A DNA stretch of 61,399 bases, filler included, from Circinaria calcarea (Eukaryota): NCBI GenBank assembly GCA_051942165.1. It is 5 parts of 5 records of this genome, joined end to end, with 100 filler letters (N's around TTAATTAATTAA, not from the genome) between each part and the next. Parts side by side here need not be neighbours in the genome. Positions count along the whole stretch, not along the records: positions 36,933 to 49,116 come from JAVECS010000599.1; positions 49,217 to 61,399 come from JAVECS010000600.1; 3 more parts are not named here. One strand, written 5' to 3'. Below the pieces are notes generated by a model, which saw nothing but the letters and a program-made list of their open reading frames with translations, made no database searches and had not been told where the DNA came from. Each line of letters opens with the position of its first letter. Position 1 is the first letter of the stretch. Shown one piece after another: positions 38,530 through 51,275 of this stretch. The position numbers were made by a program, and so were the translations under genes.

Positions 38530-39006
38530 AGATAACCATGGCCTAGGAGATATGTACCTCCCTTCTTGGTACCTACCATTGGGCAACTAGTAGGCGATCG
38601 CCCGCCCGCCATGATAAGCTCGAGCGACAGGTCAAGGTACCATATGGTAAGAAGATGCTTTCGCCCCACGCCGCAAAGATTCGGCATTGTGCGCCGGGCG
38701 ATGGGCCTAGTCCACGAGGCATACTGTCGCTGCCTTTGTTCCTCGCCACACTCAATGGCCGGAGTTCGCCAAAGGGATATCTCTCGTGGACGATAAGCAC
38801 CCTATCTGTTCGCATGACTCTGATTCGCCTGTCAGAAGACACGCTAAGGGATTCTTGGCGCTGTTCTACCGAGACTCTAAACCGGCGGCTTTATCTACAT
38901 GTGGCATAGCGTGCAAGAGGATTAGGGCTTCGAGCAAAGTTTCGCCCATAAAATCTATCTCATCAACGTACGATTACTTGATACCATATTCACAGGTGGC
39001 AGATAA
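38530..39006. promoter_or_regulatory. Cluster of HGATAR sites (putative AreA/NIT2 nitrogen-regulation elements) upstream of the purine-cytosine permease
   Basis: HGATAR on either strand at 38530, 38612, 38791, 38802, 38891, 38955 and 39001: seven in about 480 bp, against roughly 1-2 expected at uniform base composition. Confidence 0.5.
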
Positions 39007-39327
39007 GAAGTTCCCGGTTCCAAGTATAAACAACATCGTAGTGGTGAGCAGGATAAATATGGGGAGACGTGTAGCTGATGCTTCAGCGCCTTATTGGCAG
39101 GTTTATACACCTGTATATATGCTCAGGAAATAGCCCATTCATCCTGTATCTATTGGCCGAAATATATGATCAAGAAAGCAATCCAAATCCCCTCCCTCAG
39201 AGAACCTTCTCCCACACCAAATATCAGCAGTTATCCAATCATGTACAACCATACAACAGGCATGAAACCGAATCAAATATTTTACACCTCTCGACAGTCT
39301 ACTCCAACGTCGATACCCCAAACTGCA

Positions 39328-42187
39328 CTATCGGAAGTCATCGTCCTCAGCTCCGTCATCCAGAACCCTATCGATTCCTTGCACCAGCTCCTTCGTCTCC
39401 CTCGCAATCTCAAACGCTACCGGTGGGAGCGTGTTTGCGAATTCTTTCCATTCGGAATGCTCTTGGATTTTCCTGCCCTGGTTGTCTGCTGCCAACAGCT
39501 TGACTTTGCGTTCGGCAAGTATCCTGATAGTCGGCTCGATCTCATCTCGTAACGCGGCATCCCCAGTGGTATCGATGACATGCTGCGATTCCTTCACAAC
39601 ATGGCCGACAATCTGGATGATACTGCCGACCCTGTCTCTGATGATTTCTGGCTCGTCCACCGTTCGAATACTGGTGACAAGAGACTGGATGGAGTGGACG
39701 AGAGCTTCTGTTTGATCTTCGAGGAAAAGCTGGACACGATCAGCACATATATTATTGGATACTGGGGGAAACTCCTGACCTTTAGCTCTTCAATCTCCCT
39801 ATCTGCTACCGTCACGCCAAGGTCATGCTTCGAGGTAGAAGCACAGGGCGTACCCTTGAATATGCCATTCTTCGATGGGAGTTCTCTCGTGCTCTCAAAT
39901 ACCCTGCTCTGGTCGCTTGGTGCTGGGAAAAATTGCGATCCATGCTTGGGAGGGCTATACATGGAATGTGTGAGGTTTGGTCTTCCATCTGACACGCTAA
40001 ACAGTCCTGGAGATCCAGCAGACAAACTCTCATCTTCGTCATCTAATTCATCAGGTGGAGTCGGACGAATCTTCACTAATTGGATGAGTTCTACAACCGC
40101 GGATGCCAGATGTGATGCTGCAGCATCCAACAATGAGACAGGAGATATGCCTTGAGATGTAGCAAAGTTTTTCGATGCGGTGATGAAGTTGTTCGCCGTC
40201 GCTGAGACTTTTGACTGCAGTTTAGCTCTTTGCTGCGTGGAAGCGTCATCATTGACAGAGCCATGCGCCGGATTACTAACATCCTGATAGATGTGTCTGA
40301 TTGATAGAATCACTATTTTCATGCAATCCATGATAGCTCGATACTCGCCTACGCGAGCGGCTCGTAGAACTTCGTCAATGGCGACGTGGAACTTTGCAAC
40401 ATGAAAGTCTTTTATCAGTCCATCCGGTCGGGCATAGTCCCCGTCCTTTGCAAAGCAACCTGCGGTCGGTAGATCTAACAGCAAACCCATCGATCCTGTA
40501 CGCGCCGTCCGCAGTTGCGCTTTTGTGCGGGCGCAACGACTTTTCCACTCCTTGAGCTCGTCTTCCAAATTATGTACCTGCCGGATTAGCTCTTCCTCGC
40601 GCTCACATCTTTGGTCATGACGAGCAGATATTGCTTTCATCTCGATTAGGAAAGCAGATGCCTCTTGTCTGACCTCGTCGGTCACTTGCTGCTGTTCTCC
40701 TAATTCCCTCTGCATATCCTGATGGTCTTGCTGTAACTGGTCGTGACGAAGCTTCCACTCAGTGTCATTTGTAGCATGTCTGGTTGCTTCGTCGAGTTGG
40801 TAGCGAAGGGCGTCCTCCTTTTCTTTGTGATAGACTTTGATTTTTTCAAGCTCTGATTGCAAGTCCTTGTTCAAATTTAGGGCGCTGGCCAACTTTCCTT
40901 CAAGATCTACTCTTAATTTTGCGGATTGGGCGCGTTCAGCGTTTGCGGCCTAGGAAGTTAGATACTGTATTGCGTTGTCTCAAAGACACAAGTGATACTC
41001 ACATTCTCAGCGTCGTTCCGAGAGACGTATACCTTCTCAAGTTCTACATTCTTATCCCTGACCCTTAACTCAAGGTCACTGACCTTCCCTTGCAGATCTC
41101 CGATCTGGGCCTGGTAGTCGGCAACCATCCTCTTATCGTGCTGGCTGCTGGTATTGGTATTACCGATATCTGCGCGATTCCGAATCCCTGCCCCATAACT
41201 GCTATCGTTATCCTCCGGTCCAGTTTGATCGTCGTCATCTTCGACCAGAGTACTCTTATTTGGTATGATTGTACTACTCTGAGATGACTTTGCTGTTGGC
41301 CGACCGTAAAGGTCGTCTTGGGCCCCAATGCCGGGAATACCCAGTCCAGCGAAGACTTGGCCACCCAAAGATCCTTGCCTCGGTGCATGTTTTTTCCTTG
41401 GTCCTGGTTCTCGCGAACTAGGTCTGGCACCGTTGGGTGTTCCTGTTTGACTGGGTGGTCCTCTCATATTGCGGGTAGGGCTACCTCGACGATCCACGTC
41501 TGTTCCAGTAAATTGAGGGAATCTGCGCTCCAGCTCATAGAACACATCAGTGGCTAAATCTCGAAACCTTGTTGGTGGAAGAGTGGATAGCTTTTGACGG
41601 GCTTGGTTGCGCTTAGGATGAAAATTCTCCTTGGGAAGCAAGAACTCCGGCACTTCCGTAGGCTTTTGCTCGGCATTGCTTTGACGTCGCAGCAACTCGT
41701 CGTAGACATCCGTACTCAGCTCTTGAAATTGTACTGCTGATAATCGGAGCAATTTGTCACGCGCTCTGTTTGGCTTCGGGTTGCCCTTTTCATCACGCAA
41801 CGACTGCGCGAGGTATTCCTTTAAGACATGATAATGTTTGGCAAGGCTCTCCTCCATTAGTGACGCTTTCCTCCTCGAGCTCTCAGTTGACAAGGTCGTT
41901 CCATTGCTGGACCGGGCGACTGAATTTGGTGGTGACGGGTTGCCTGCACTGGCTTGAGGCCGTTGATTCATTCCGGTTGTAAAGTTTCCATTCAGGCTGG
42001 TACCAGAAGACGAGGGGGGAGGTGTAAAGAGGTCGTTGGGGTTGGGGTTGGGGTTGTTGTTGCGACTGTTATTGGAAGACGTTACTATCGGTGAATAGGT
42101 TGGATCATTGGATTGATATCGCGCGACGCCTGACCACTGACTGCTTGCAACGGATGATGGTGAAAGAGCGCCGGGATCTTTGCTCAT
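39328..42187 (-). CDS. SPA2: Polarisome scaffold Spa2 (SHD-I repeats, coiled coil, C-terminal SHD-V/GIT1_C-like region)
   Basis: Exons 42187-41003, 40949-39780, 39729-39328 join in frame. SHD repeats RARDKLLRLSAVQFQELSTDVYDELLRR and RNQARQKLSTLPPTRFRDLATDVFYELERR; SPVSLLDAAASHL; LPPVAFEIARETKELV. Confidence 0.96.
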
Positions 42188-42986
42188 AGTTGGTCGTGGG
42201 AGGATGTGTATATATTATTGAGACAAAATTAATAAATCAAGGAAGCTTCGGCATCAAGCCGAGGCCTGTGGGGCGCGCGTATAACAGATGCTAAGGCACA
42301 GTAAGTTGAAACGTGGAATGTCTCTATTCTGACGAGTATGCCAGGACGATGAACCGCTCCGTCCAGAAAGAGTGAGATTAAATCAAGTGAAGGATGCGTG
42401 ACACAATGCTGGATGCCAATGTACTTCTCCGTCCCCTTTTCCCACAAAGTACCAAAGAAGCGGGCCGTCACCGCGTATTTCTGCCCCCCCTGAAGGACAC
42501 ATGGCGGCGTCGTCGAATTAGGCCAATCTGCAGGCGGCTTTGACGTGCTGCAAGCGCCCTCTTGGCGAATCAGACGAGAGAAGCTTCGATATTCTCATTT
42601 GATGGGAAAATGTCCTTTGATGTCAATTCGTCCTCTCATATCATAGAAGGGATTACACGCTCGAGAATACCATCATTGCGATACCATGCCAAAGCACACT
42701 AGGGCTGCATGGGGCGAGGGAAGGATTTCTCTTGCAGGAAAACATCAGCCGGGAGTCAGATATTTCGACTCTGATGAAGAGGTCGGCCAATTTTGGATTC
42801 AGGAGCATGATGATTATCATCTATCGGTCTTGTTGAGATTCTTAGAATATCTCATGGCTTCAAGTGCGCTTCGCGACAAATCTCTAAGCGTTCAGAAAAT
42901 GATGCATTGAAAGTAAAGCATGGGTATCTTGTCACATATGTCACCGTTAAACCTTGCGCCGGATGCTTTCTTGAGAGATACCTTCC

Positions 42987-44080
42987 TCAGAACCAACCCA
43001 ATGTCCATAATGCAGGTAGGTGGGGCCATCTCTCCTGCCAGTCAGCCAGTATCTCTGGTACCCGCTGGTCAAAACTCTGCCTTCCCTCACCCATCCCGTT
43101 GTCCCGCCCTGCCTCACCACTCTTTTCTAATTCCTCTTTGGCACAGGCATTCAATGAGTTTGCTAGATCCAGGATAGCTTTACCACCGACCAGCGCCTCT
43201 TCGTGGTTGTCTCGTATATCAATGTTGATGATGTGCACTGGCCGGTTCAGTGGGCTCCCTCTCTCCAACAGATTATCCACAACCGCATCCCAACATCTTT
43301 CCTCACAGGTAATCACTACGTCCACCACCCCTCCCTCCACGCCCTTACTCCCCCTGTCCTTTTTATACCGATCCAGCCTAGGTTTACCGACCGGCCAGTC
43401 TTGGAAGCGCTCAGGACCAAATTTGACATCGCGATTGCGCTCCAGCATCGTGAGTACGCCGTTCGCGCGATATAAGCGTGGGTCCTTGGAAGAAAGCTCC
43501 GAGTATATTTGAGAATACGAAGTCACATTGAAAGGATACACGTTTGGCTGCGTGATTGTAGGGCCCGGAAGACGGATCAGCGAGCCAGTGCCAAAAGATA
43601 TGACTGGATAGGAGGCGAGGGCGAGTCGAAGGTGAGATTCCATAGATCTAGAATTGGGGGTTAGCAGCGCCAACCGCAGCCTCGTGGATGAGATAAGAAA
43701 ATGCCGTCAAGCTAGAGTATCCACGGAGGCAGTCATAAAGCATTGTCCACATTTCATCAACTATGTTCTATGCACGCTGAGATATACAGCACCTTGAGGC
43801 TCGTGGTACTTTCTCGGGGGGGAAGAGATAGTACGTGCTGCAGGTCCTACGAGGGTATGGAAGCTTACCTATTTTGATTGCTAGCACAAACGGTACAGAA
43901 CTTAAGCTTGAAGCCACCATCATCCTGAGGGTTAGAAGAATTCTGCCCATCTGCTTCCCCCACACCATCTAATGCCCCGGGTGGTTTCTGCAGTGGCATA
44001 GCCTCTATTGGTGGCGGTGGTGGAGGAGGTTGAGGGGGAGTAGCTGTTCGTAAGACGGGTCGTGCGAGTCTAGGGTCCAT
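42987..44080 (-). CDS. SSU72: RNA polymerase II CTD phosphatase Ssu72
   Basis: Exons 44080-43869 and 43647-42987. Splicing rebuilds the catalytic [16 protein letters not shown] (CX5R); also [23 protein letters not shown] and DIRDNHEEA. Confidence 0.97.
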
Positions 44081-45693
44081 ATTTACAGGGCGTCCCTGCA
44101 GAGGTACTTGGATGCAGCAGGAATGTTGTGGATGAAGAAGCGTGAAGATACTTAGAAATCTATCTCTCGAAGTTGAAATTAGCCTCCGCCTTCAGTTTGT
44201 ATGGGCGTCAACATCTTCGTTGAAACGTTCGTTGGTCAGAAATAGAAAGTTGCGTAAAATTGTGTCATCCTCATGTCCAAATGGATAGGACAGCTCCAAT
44301 ACAGGTGTTCATCATTTGATTTTGAGGCTACCGGAATGAGGGATAAGTACCTGACTACCTGTTTGATGATGGTTGAGTGAGGTTGACTTGTTCTCACTGA
44401 CTGAGGTGTCAAATATCTGTCGTCGAAAGCGTCGTATCTACTGTACAACTTTAAAAGGTAAGCGATTACTACGTACGGAGCCCATGAGCTTATCTTATCC
44501 TAATTGGGTAGGTGTATGCTTTAGCCGCAAACGGGCCTAGCTGACAAGCTCAAGCCACATTAGCCAATCTGAAACGGTAGCGTTGCTCTTCGCCTTTCTC
44601 GACTTCCCGACATATGTCACGCAACAGAGTCCGATTGTGTCAACAATTCTCCCGTTGCCTTTTCTTTTATACCTCCGAGGCGTAAGAGACTTGGTCGTAG
44701 TCACTAGGACACTGCAGCTGTAACGTAATAAAGACTATTTGCTACACAATGGTTCCGGTTAATCATAGCGAAGGATTGGCAGCCTAGCACGCCTAGATGC
44801 CGTCCGAACTGGTATTCCCCCAGATATCACCTAGAACATCTGAGACTAGGAAAAGTATGATTGAACGAGTATTGAATTTAGTGGTGCATTACTATATCCC
44901 AGCTTCATCAGTATAAAGATAAGCTATACTCCTGGACCATCCTTTGATACCTTCACGAGATTTCGGTGTCTAAAAATAGACTGATCCTCGATCTACATCT
45001 CACTTGCACTTCTCCTACCTCGGTGCTTCCCGTCAAAATATCGCAAGAAAAATCACATTGCAATCCGGCCTCAACAAAGTGAGCATTCTAGATCTGCTCT
45101 CTGCGTCAGGACAGTCTCAGTAGCGAAACATAGCCGCACCTTTACACCGCCGGTTCCCCAAGCGCCTCCACTGACCCCCAGTGTTGCGAAAAGCCCAGGA
45201 CGTTTTTAGCTGGGAAGACCGTATGTGTGGTGTCGACTTCTGAAAAGTCTGAAGGAAGATTTTAGATTCCCACTCTTCTCGAGTCCTCATACGCTTGCTG
45301 GACTGGTGCCTGCCCTGTTTCCAAATAGTATACCTGGGCCCATCCTGGGCAGAACCACAGGCGGCAGTGTCTCTGGGCTACCGTCTAAATACTATTCATA
45401 CACGAGGTTAGCTGCCTTAGTTGATTAAACTGGCTACGTATTGCGCCGTCCGAGAATGGGAGGCTAATCATTTTCTTAATAGGCACCTAGGCTCTGAACC
45501 ATTCCGGCTGGCGCATCAGGGTTGGACACCTGGGTTTCGTGTGTGAGACATCCTGAACTGGCAACACTCAACTAAAACGACTTGGCGAATATCACCTCCC
45601 CATTATACATTCTAAGCAGCCAGCTACTGGTCCACCGGACTGAGACACCAGGAAGGCACCAGAGATAACTGCGCAAACGCGAAGCTGATCAAG

Positions 45694-47289
45694 ATGACCC
45701 TCAAAATATCATCGTCTTCATCTTCATCTCCAGCCCCGTCTCCGCGTCACCACCAAACTCCATCACCGAAACCCAACTTGTCAGCTTTACCACCTATAAA
45801 CACCAGTAATTCGACGAGGGGCTCAAAGTTGCAACGGCATTCATCGTATGCAAAAAATCGGACTTCATCATACTCGAATACGTCTAATCCTCAAAAGTCT
45901 TCGCGCCCACCTTCCCATGTCTTCCCCTTCTTTCAATCCAGTCTCCCCTATGCCCTAGTCCGAGATTTCGCATACCCTGCGGTCAATCCTCTTCACTTTG
46001 GCCCTCCTGCAGAAACTTCTGCAGAACCCTCTGGGCGCTCTACTCCAGCGAACGAGCTACAGCAAAGGCTTTCTGATCCACCGAATGCTTCGTGGGAAAA
46101 TTCAAAGCAAAGTTGGTCGACTCTCGTGTTAGGAGATGACGGATATGTTGGGACCGAGCAATTACCCCAGATGGCATACGGTGATGAGCACGGGCCGCCC
46201 TACAGTGAAGACGAGGATTTACATAGTCCGGTGGTGGTAAGTTCAAGGCACAAAAAAAGCAAATCACATGCAGGCGCCTATGGTGAAGGTCGAGGACGAA
46301 GTATGGGGTCAGGTGGCAGAAGCAGAGGCTCGAAGAGCGCAATGCCTGAAGGCTTCGATGAAGATCGGGGATATTTTACGGGCATAAATGGTGACGGTAG
46401 CACGACGTACTATGTTAGCGAAGCGGACGAAATGGCAGATGGACCAGGTGGAGAACTCGTCACATACCCACCCGATCAGTCTCGCCAACCAATGCTCTTT
46501 CCCCACACGTACCATAGCCCCAGGGAACGTGATTCTCACTTCGCCACTAAACCTCCTGATCGGTCTTATACTCAGCTTTCAGATGGGGAGTCACCGAGTT
46601 GGGAAGATGCAGGTCTCGAACCAGGCTCTTTTGATGACTCACGTTTCTCGAGGGACTATCAGTTCACAATCGCCTCACCGGATGAAGAAATGCACGGCAA
46701 GGCTGTCGCACTCTTTGATTTCGCCCGAGAAAACGAGAACGAACTCCCCCTAGTTGAGGGCCAAGTAATTCTAGTTTCGTATCGTCACGGTCAAGGTTGG
46801 CTGGTTGCGGAGGATCCAAAGACCGGGGAATCTGGACTGGTGCCTGAAGAATATGTGCGTCTTTTACGTGATATTGAAGGTGGATGGACTTCTTTTAGCC
46901 GTGAAGGTAGCCTAGGCGACCAACCCGGTCTACTCTCCCCCGATACAGTCGGGCCAGAGCAATTGAACGCTTCGAGCCCTACTCTCTTGGATCCTGCAAG
47001 CGGAAACACGGCGCAAAGTAGTAATAACGGCAACACCGTCGCTGCAGAGAAACGTCCGCCAATAGTGAGCACCTTCTCCACGAGCAGCCGAGATCTGAAC
47101 CCGTATCCGCATCCGCTTCTCGGCACTCAGACCGGCCAGCTCCCCCCTCAAGTCGTACATTACGGCAGTCAGACGTCCACGCCCACCGTGCTCAGTCCAG
47201 CCGTATCCAGGAACGGATCGGGTGAGGGATCTACGTTGCGAAGGGAGACGAGTAGGACCGAGCACGAAAAGAGCGAAGCGATGCGATAA
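45694..47289 (+). CDS. NBP2: SH3 adaptor Nbp2-like (HOG/MAPK negative regulator)
   Basis: N-terminal VRDFAYPAVNPLHFG block plus an SH3 domain KAVALFDFARENENELPLVEGQVILVSYRHGQGWLVA..GLVPEEYV. Confidence 0.88.
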   Translation: MTLKISSSSSSSPAPSPRHHQTPSPKPNLSALPPINTSNSTRGSKLQRHSSYAKNRTSSYSNTSNPQKSSRPPSHVFPFFQSSLPYALVRDFAYPAVNPLHFGPPAETSAEPSGRSTPANELQQRLSDPPNASWENSKQSWSTLVLGDDGYVGTEQLPQMAYGDEHGPPYSEDEDLHSPVVVSSRHKKSKSHAGAYGEGRGRSMGSGGRSRGSKSAMPEGFDEDRGYFTGINGDGSTTYYVSEADEMADGPGGELVTYPPDQSRQPMLFPHTYHSPRERDSHFATKPPDRSYTQLSDGESPSWEDAGLEPGSFDDSRFSRDYQFTIASPDEEMHGKAVALFDFARENENELPLVEGQVILVSYRHGQGWLVAEDPKTGESGLVPEEYVRLLRDIEGGWTSFSREGSLGDQPGLLSPDTVGPEQLNASSPTLLDPASGNTAQSSNNGNTVAAEKRPPIVSTFSTSSRDLNPYPHPLLGTQTGQLPPQVVHYGSQTSTPTVLSPAVSRNGSGEGSTLRRETSRTEHEKSEAMR

Positions 47290-49116
47290 TGTACTCTTTT
47301 GGTGGCTCAATTGGTCTTGATCTTTGCCCGAACACCGTTTGCGAGAAGTTGCATTCGCTTTCTATGATACCCGACCCATTTCCCCTCGTTTTTCCTACAC
47401 AAACGCCAGACTTGCAGAAATCTCGCAGTGTCCATGTAATCGGCATGTCTCGTAATGGTTTTGTTTTGCCTCTCTTCAAAATGTCGGAATCCCCTGTCAA
47501 TATTTTCTGGGCTATGGCTACTCCGATAAATGACTTTACCGCTAGAAACGTGCTGCTCTACAGATCAAAAGATAATGTGTAGAACGAGGCCCGGCGCATC
47601 TTTTTTCCTCCTTGACATCTTTTTAAGGCTTTTAAGCAGAGGTCGCTAAGTAAAAAGGGCGTGAAGTGACAGAATGTGGCTTTCTACCTTACGAGGTTGG
47701 GCAACAAGGTGCATGTATGTGTCGGTTCGCCAAGGGTCGTTCTGTTGAGTTTTTGTTCCCATTCATTGTGGGGCCAGAATGATAAAATGCCGCTTTCTAA
47801 ACCCCAAAATCTCCAAAATCTCCTTATCCGGTTTCAAATCGTTTCCGGGACGGGAAAAGATTTCCAATTCCTTTTCGTCTGAACTGTTTCTCTCATGCGC
47901 CCAACATTCGATACCCGAATTTCTCTTTCGAGTGATATCTCCCTCCCTCCCTTCCCTTACCATGAAGCTTTCCTCTAGAGTTTCTCGAAGCTCCACATGA
48001 GTAAGGAGGCAACGAACTCAGCGCGAGAATTCCCACCCAAAACATCCGGGTCCTGACGCCACGGGTTTCATGAACCCCTTGTTGCCTGGCTCCTTTTCGT
48101 AAATACCGCCGGCCTCATCCCGCCCTGTATTCTCTAAGCTCCTAGTTTTCCTAAATCGCGCCCTCTTCTCGCACCTCTCGTGATCTCGTTTGCTCTCTGA
48201 GTTGTAAAAACCTCTACAAAATTCTAGATCACCAACGGCTGGTATTTCTAGAAACCCTAAGCAGGTTATTAATCCCTGAACTTGGTTGATTTTTGTTACG
48301 CTAGAAGTCGGATGTTTGGACGGTGTTAGGAGGTTTTGATAGGTTGTGAAGTTGCCGAGCTGGGGGAGAAGTGAACCATGTCTCTGGGTTTCTGGCGAAT
48401 GCTGTGGTGGGTGAAGGGGAGGGATTGGGAGGCATGTTCGATCTTGAGGGTGGATACGGTTTGAATCTTTTACTTCGCAAGACCGCCGATAGTGTAGGCT
48501 GATGATGATGCACAGTTAATTGGTGAGCAGGGGTCAGTTAGCCGGGGTCATTAAACATGAAGGCTCCCGGGTTCAAATGGGGGTGGTCCATAGCCTTACA
48601 CCACTGACAATAGGGCTGCACTGCAAACCACCTGAGCTATCAAGTGCTAAGGTTCGAATTTGGGCCGCTGGCGTAATTTTCTGTTTCCGGGAAGAGAATC
48701 CACGGCAACGGTGTACAAGGCTTCCAGTAGTGCAACCTTATGTGTAGCATTACATGGCCATCAGCCATTTCGTCGCCCCCTTTTATTTCCGAACCTTAAT
48801 GCCCGAGTGTACTATTGGAGGACCTTGCCAGTGTCTGGTTTCCTCCTCGGCTCTGTTGTGGACCGATTCTAGCTTGCGGAAACTAGATGCTCAGAGGGCC
48901 GCAATCTAAAACTTTTCTCTGAATAGGTATTTAAGCTCGTCTTCAAGAGGCTGTACGATATCGTTATATACGCTTATTCTGGTGAGTGGATCTTCCAAGC
49001 TAACCCTTTGGCCTGCCGGTGTCCATGGAGTATCTAGGCAGGCTTGGATGGCTCCTTTGTAGCCGAGCGAGCAGTCGTCGAGAGATTTGACAACGCGATC
49101 GGCTACCGTCCAATCT

Positions 49117-49216
49117 NNNNNNNNNNNNNNNNNNNNNNNNNNNNNNNNNNNNNNNNNNNNTTAATTAATTAANNNNNNNNNNNNNNNNNNNNNNNNNNNN
49201 NNNNNNNNNNNNNNNN
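49117..49216. other. Artificial contig linker (N44-TTAATTAATTAA-N44)
   Basis: Same 100-bp six-frame-stop spacer. Confidence 0.99.
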
Positions 49217-50193
49217 TTGCCAAAGAGGGGAGTTTGTGTAGTTTGCTAGGACGGAGGCGCCGGAGAGGAGCATGCCGGCGTTGTAGCTCCAGGCCGTGTG
49301 GTCGACTCGGGAGCAGTTGATTGTATCGTCCGTGCCATCAAAGACATTGTATCTAATATCAAACAGGCCCACGGCACTCATCCAATCCCAAGACTTTTCT
49401 GCCCAGTCAACGTAGGTCTGATTTCCAGTATAACGAGCCAAGCGGGCAGCGAGATGGAACAGACCGCCGTTGGAAGGAGTATTTTTATAGTCATACCCGA
49501 TATTGGAAGCGAGAATTTGCCACTTCAGACCTCCGTTGCAGGAGGTGACATCCCAACGAGAGGCCAGGTCGTCGAAGACAGCGGCCGCCAGGGGCAGATA
49601 CTGTGGTGAGGTGGATGGCGGTGAGGGAAATTTCCGTTCTACGGCTGACATGGCCGCAAGGCCCCAGAAGACTTGATCATCGTTGCCCTGACCTATTCAG
49701 CATCGAATGTCAGGACACGCAGCTCCAAATGGACTCGTACCTCGTTACTTTGCTGAGCAACAGGCATGAAGTCTCGGGTTGGTGAAGCTTGGGAAAGGAG
49801 GGATTGGCTGACCACCGTGTTGTATGAGGAATCGTTCGTATAGCCCCAGTATTCAATCATGGCACCCCACACTGCCCCGGCTTCCCACCAGTAGTACGGT
49901 GCGGGTAGTAAGCCAACGGTAGCTGCATCTCCAGTTTGGTTGCCGGTGTAGTATTTCATTAAGCCATATGCCAAGGTACTTGCCGCTTCTTTAATGGAAG
50001 CTATTCACAAAGAAGGGTTAGCAGCAGTCAAATGGAAGAGTAGCAAGGCAGATCGAAACGTCGAGTTTTACACCCTGGTTGTGCTGGGGGAAGGCTGTTT
50101 ACCAATATCATTCACATCAAGGCTGATGGCGCTAACCTCCAAATTCCATGCCAACAACGTACATACTGCCCAACTGCTCCAACATTTCCGCAT
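49217..50193 (-). CDS. GH76 mannan endo-1,6-alpha-mannosidase (Dcw1/Dfg5 family), 3' end truncated
   Basis: Exons 50193-50103 (signal peptide), 50000-49741, 49687-49217. Motifs PYYWWEAGAVWG, catalytic EGNDDQVFWGLAAMSA, CNGGLKWQI, YKN..SNG.LF..AARLARYTGN and WSYNAG. Confidence 0.95.
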
Positions 50194-51275
50194 CTTAGCA
50201 AAAACAATGGAGAGCGCGGAAATGGTGAAGCAGTGAACTGTCCGAGGTACGGTGGCGCGCTACCGGCTGAAGTCTACTGACCTCCATAGGAAGCTGACAA
50301 TTCTGAACTGCCATGTGGAGTATACATTCGCAGACGTATCACCCGAGACGGTGCCTACCTCTTTCCTGGCTGACGCCAACGAGACATCCTTTGCGTGTTG
50401 CCCTAAAGCCGAAGAAAACGGTGACGCACAACTGGAGATTGTAACATCGGGGCCGAAGGAGCCCGGGCCGAAGGGAGCCGAGTCCGAGATTTGGATTGAT
50501 GCGATATGCTACAGAGTAAATACTTCTGCGCCCTTCACTCGTTCTGATGGAAGATGTAAAGATGTAGGTTGTAACTCTTCGAGAACCACCGTCTTACAAT
50601 GAATCCTTTCTCGGGACTCCAATTTCCCAACCAACAATCTCGACATTCTTGCCAATGGACTTTGGGAGTAGCAATCTCGACTCGCGGAGGGTGCTAACGA
50701 CTCGCAACCCAAAGAACTGTGATGAGGCTACAGATAACATCGTGTACGAGTCTCCCGAATGCTTGTTCACCAGCTTAACCGCCATGAGTTCGGTTTCGTC
50801 GTACCGCTCGGGATTTGCTCCACACTCGAAATGAATGTTTCCGAGCCTGATGGCTGTCTCGTTCCAAAAGACCATGGCTTGCGCAGGCCATACCTCTCCA
50901 GGTATCCTATGCTTCCTTGGCTAGATCATAGTGGTAGTCTATCATGACTGCATACCTTATTGTTTTCTTGCTGGATGTTCTCTCCTTCTCAGTATGCTTT
51001 TCTGTCTATCAGAGATACTTTTCTACACGGTTCAACTCGAGCTACCTTTTCCCCCTTCGTTTACCATTTGCTACTTCCTTCTGAAATGGAGACTCCTTCA
51101 AGCTTCTGCCTCTTGATCGTAACGCAAAATCTCCTCCGCAACTCTATCAGGACTATCACTCTGCGGAGGCTCTTGAAAGTGATGCAGTTGACCATCCATC
51201 CCCCAATGATTAAACACTGTTTGACTCCGATAAGGAGAACCACATTCTCTGGCGACTTGGGCCTTCCAAAGCTGT

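Noticed and set aside
42765..42830. CTGATGA/ATGATGA motifs suggesting a hammerhead ribozyme or C/D snoRNA
   Set aside because: No matching GAAA core with stems, and no suitably placed D box or terminal stem.
294..47289. Apparent polarity/MAPK cluster (BEM1, SPA2, NBP2)
   Set aside because: BEM1 is on a different contig, joined only by artificial linkers. SPA2 and NBP2 are linked but separated by SSU72, with no evidence of functional clustering.
48560..48670. GGTTCAAAT and GGTTCGAAT T-loop-like motifs suggesting a tRNA
   Set aside because: The flanks do not form T, acceptor or anticodon stems.
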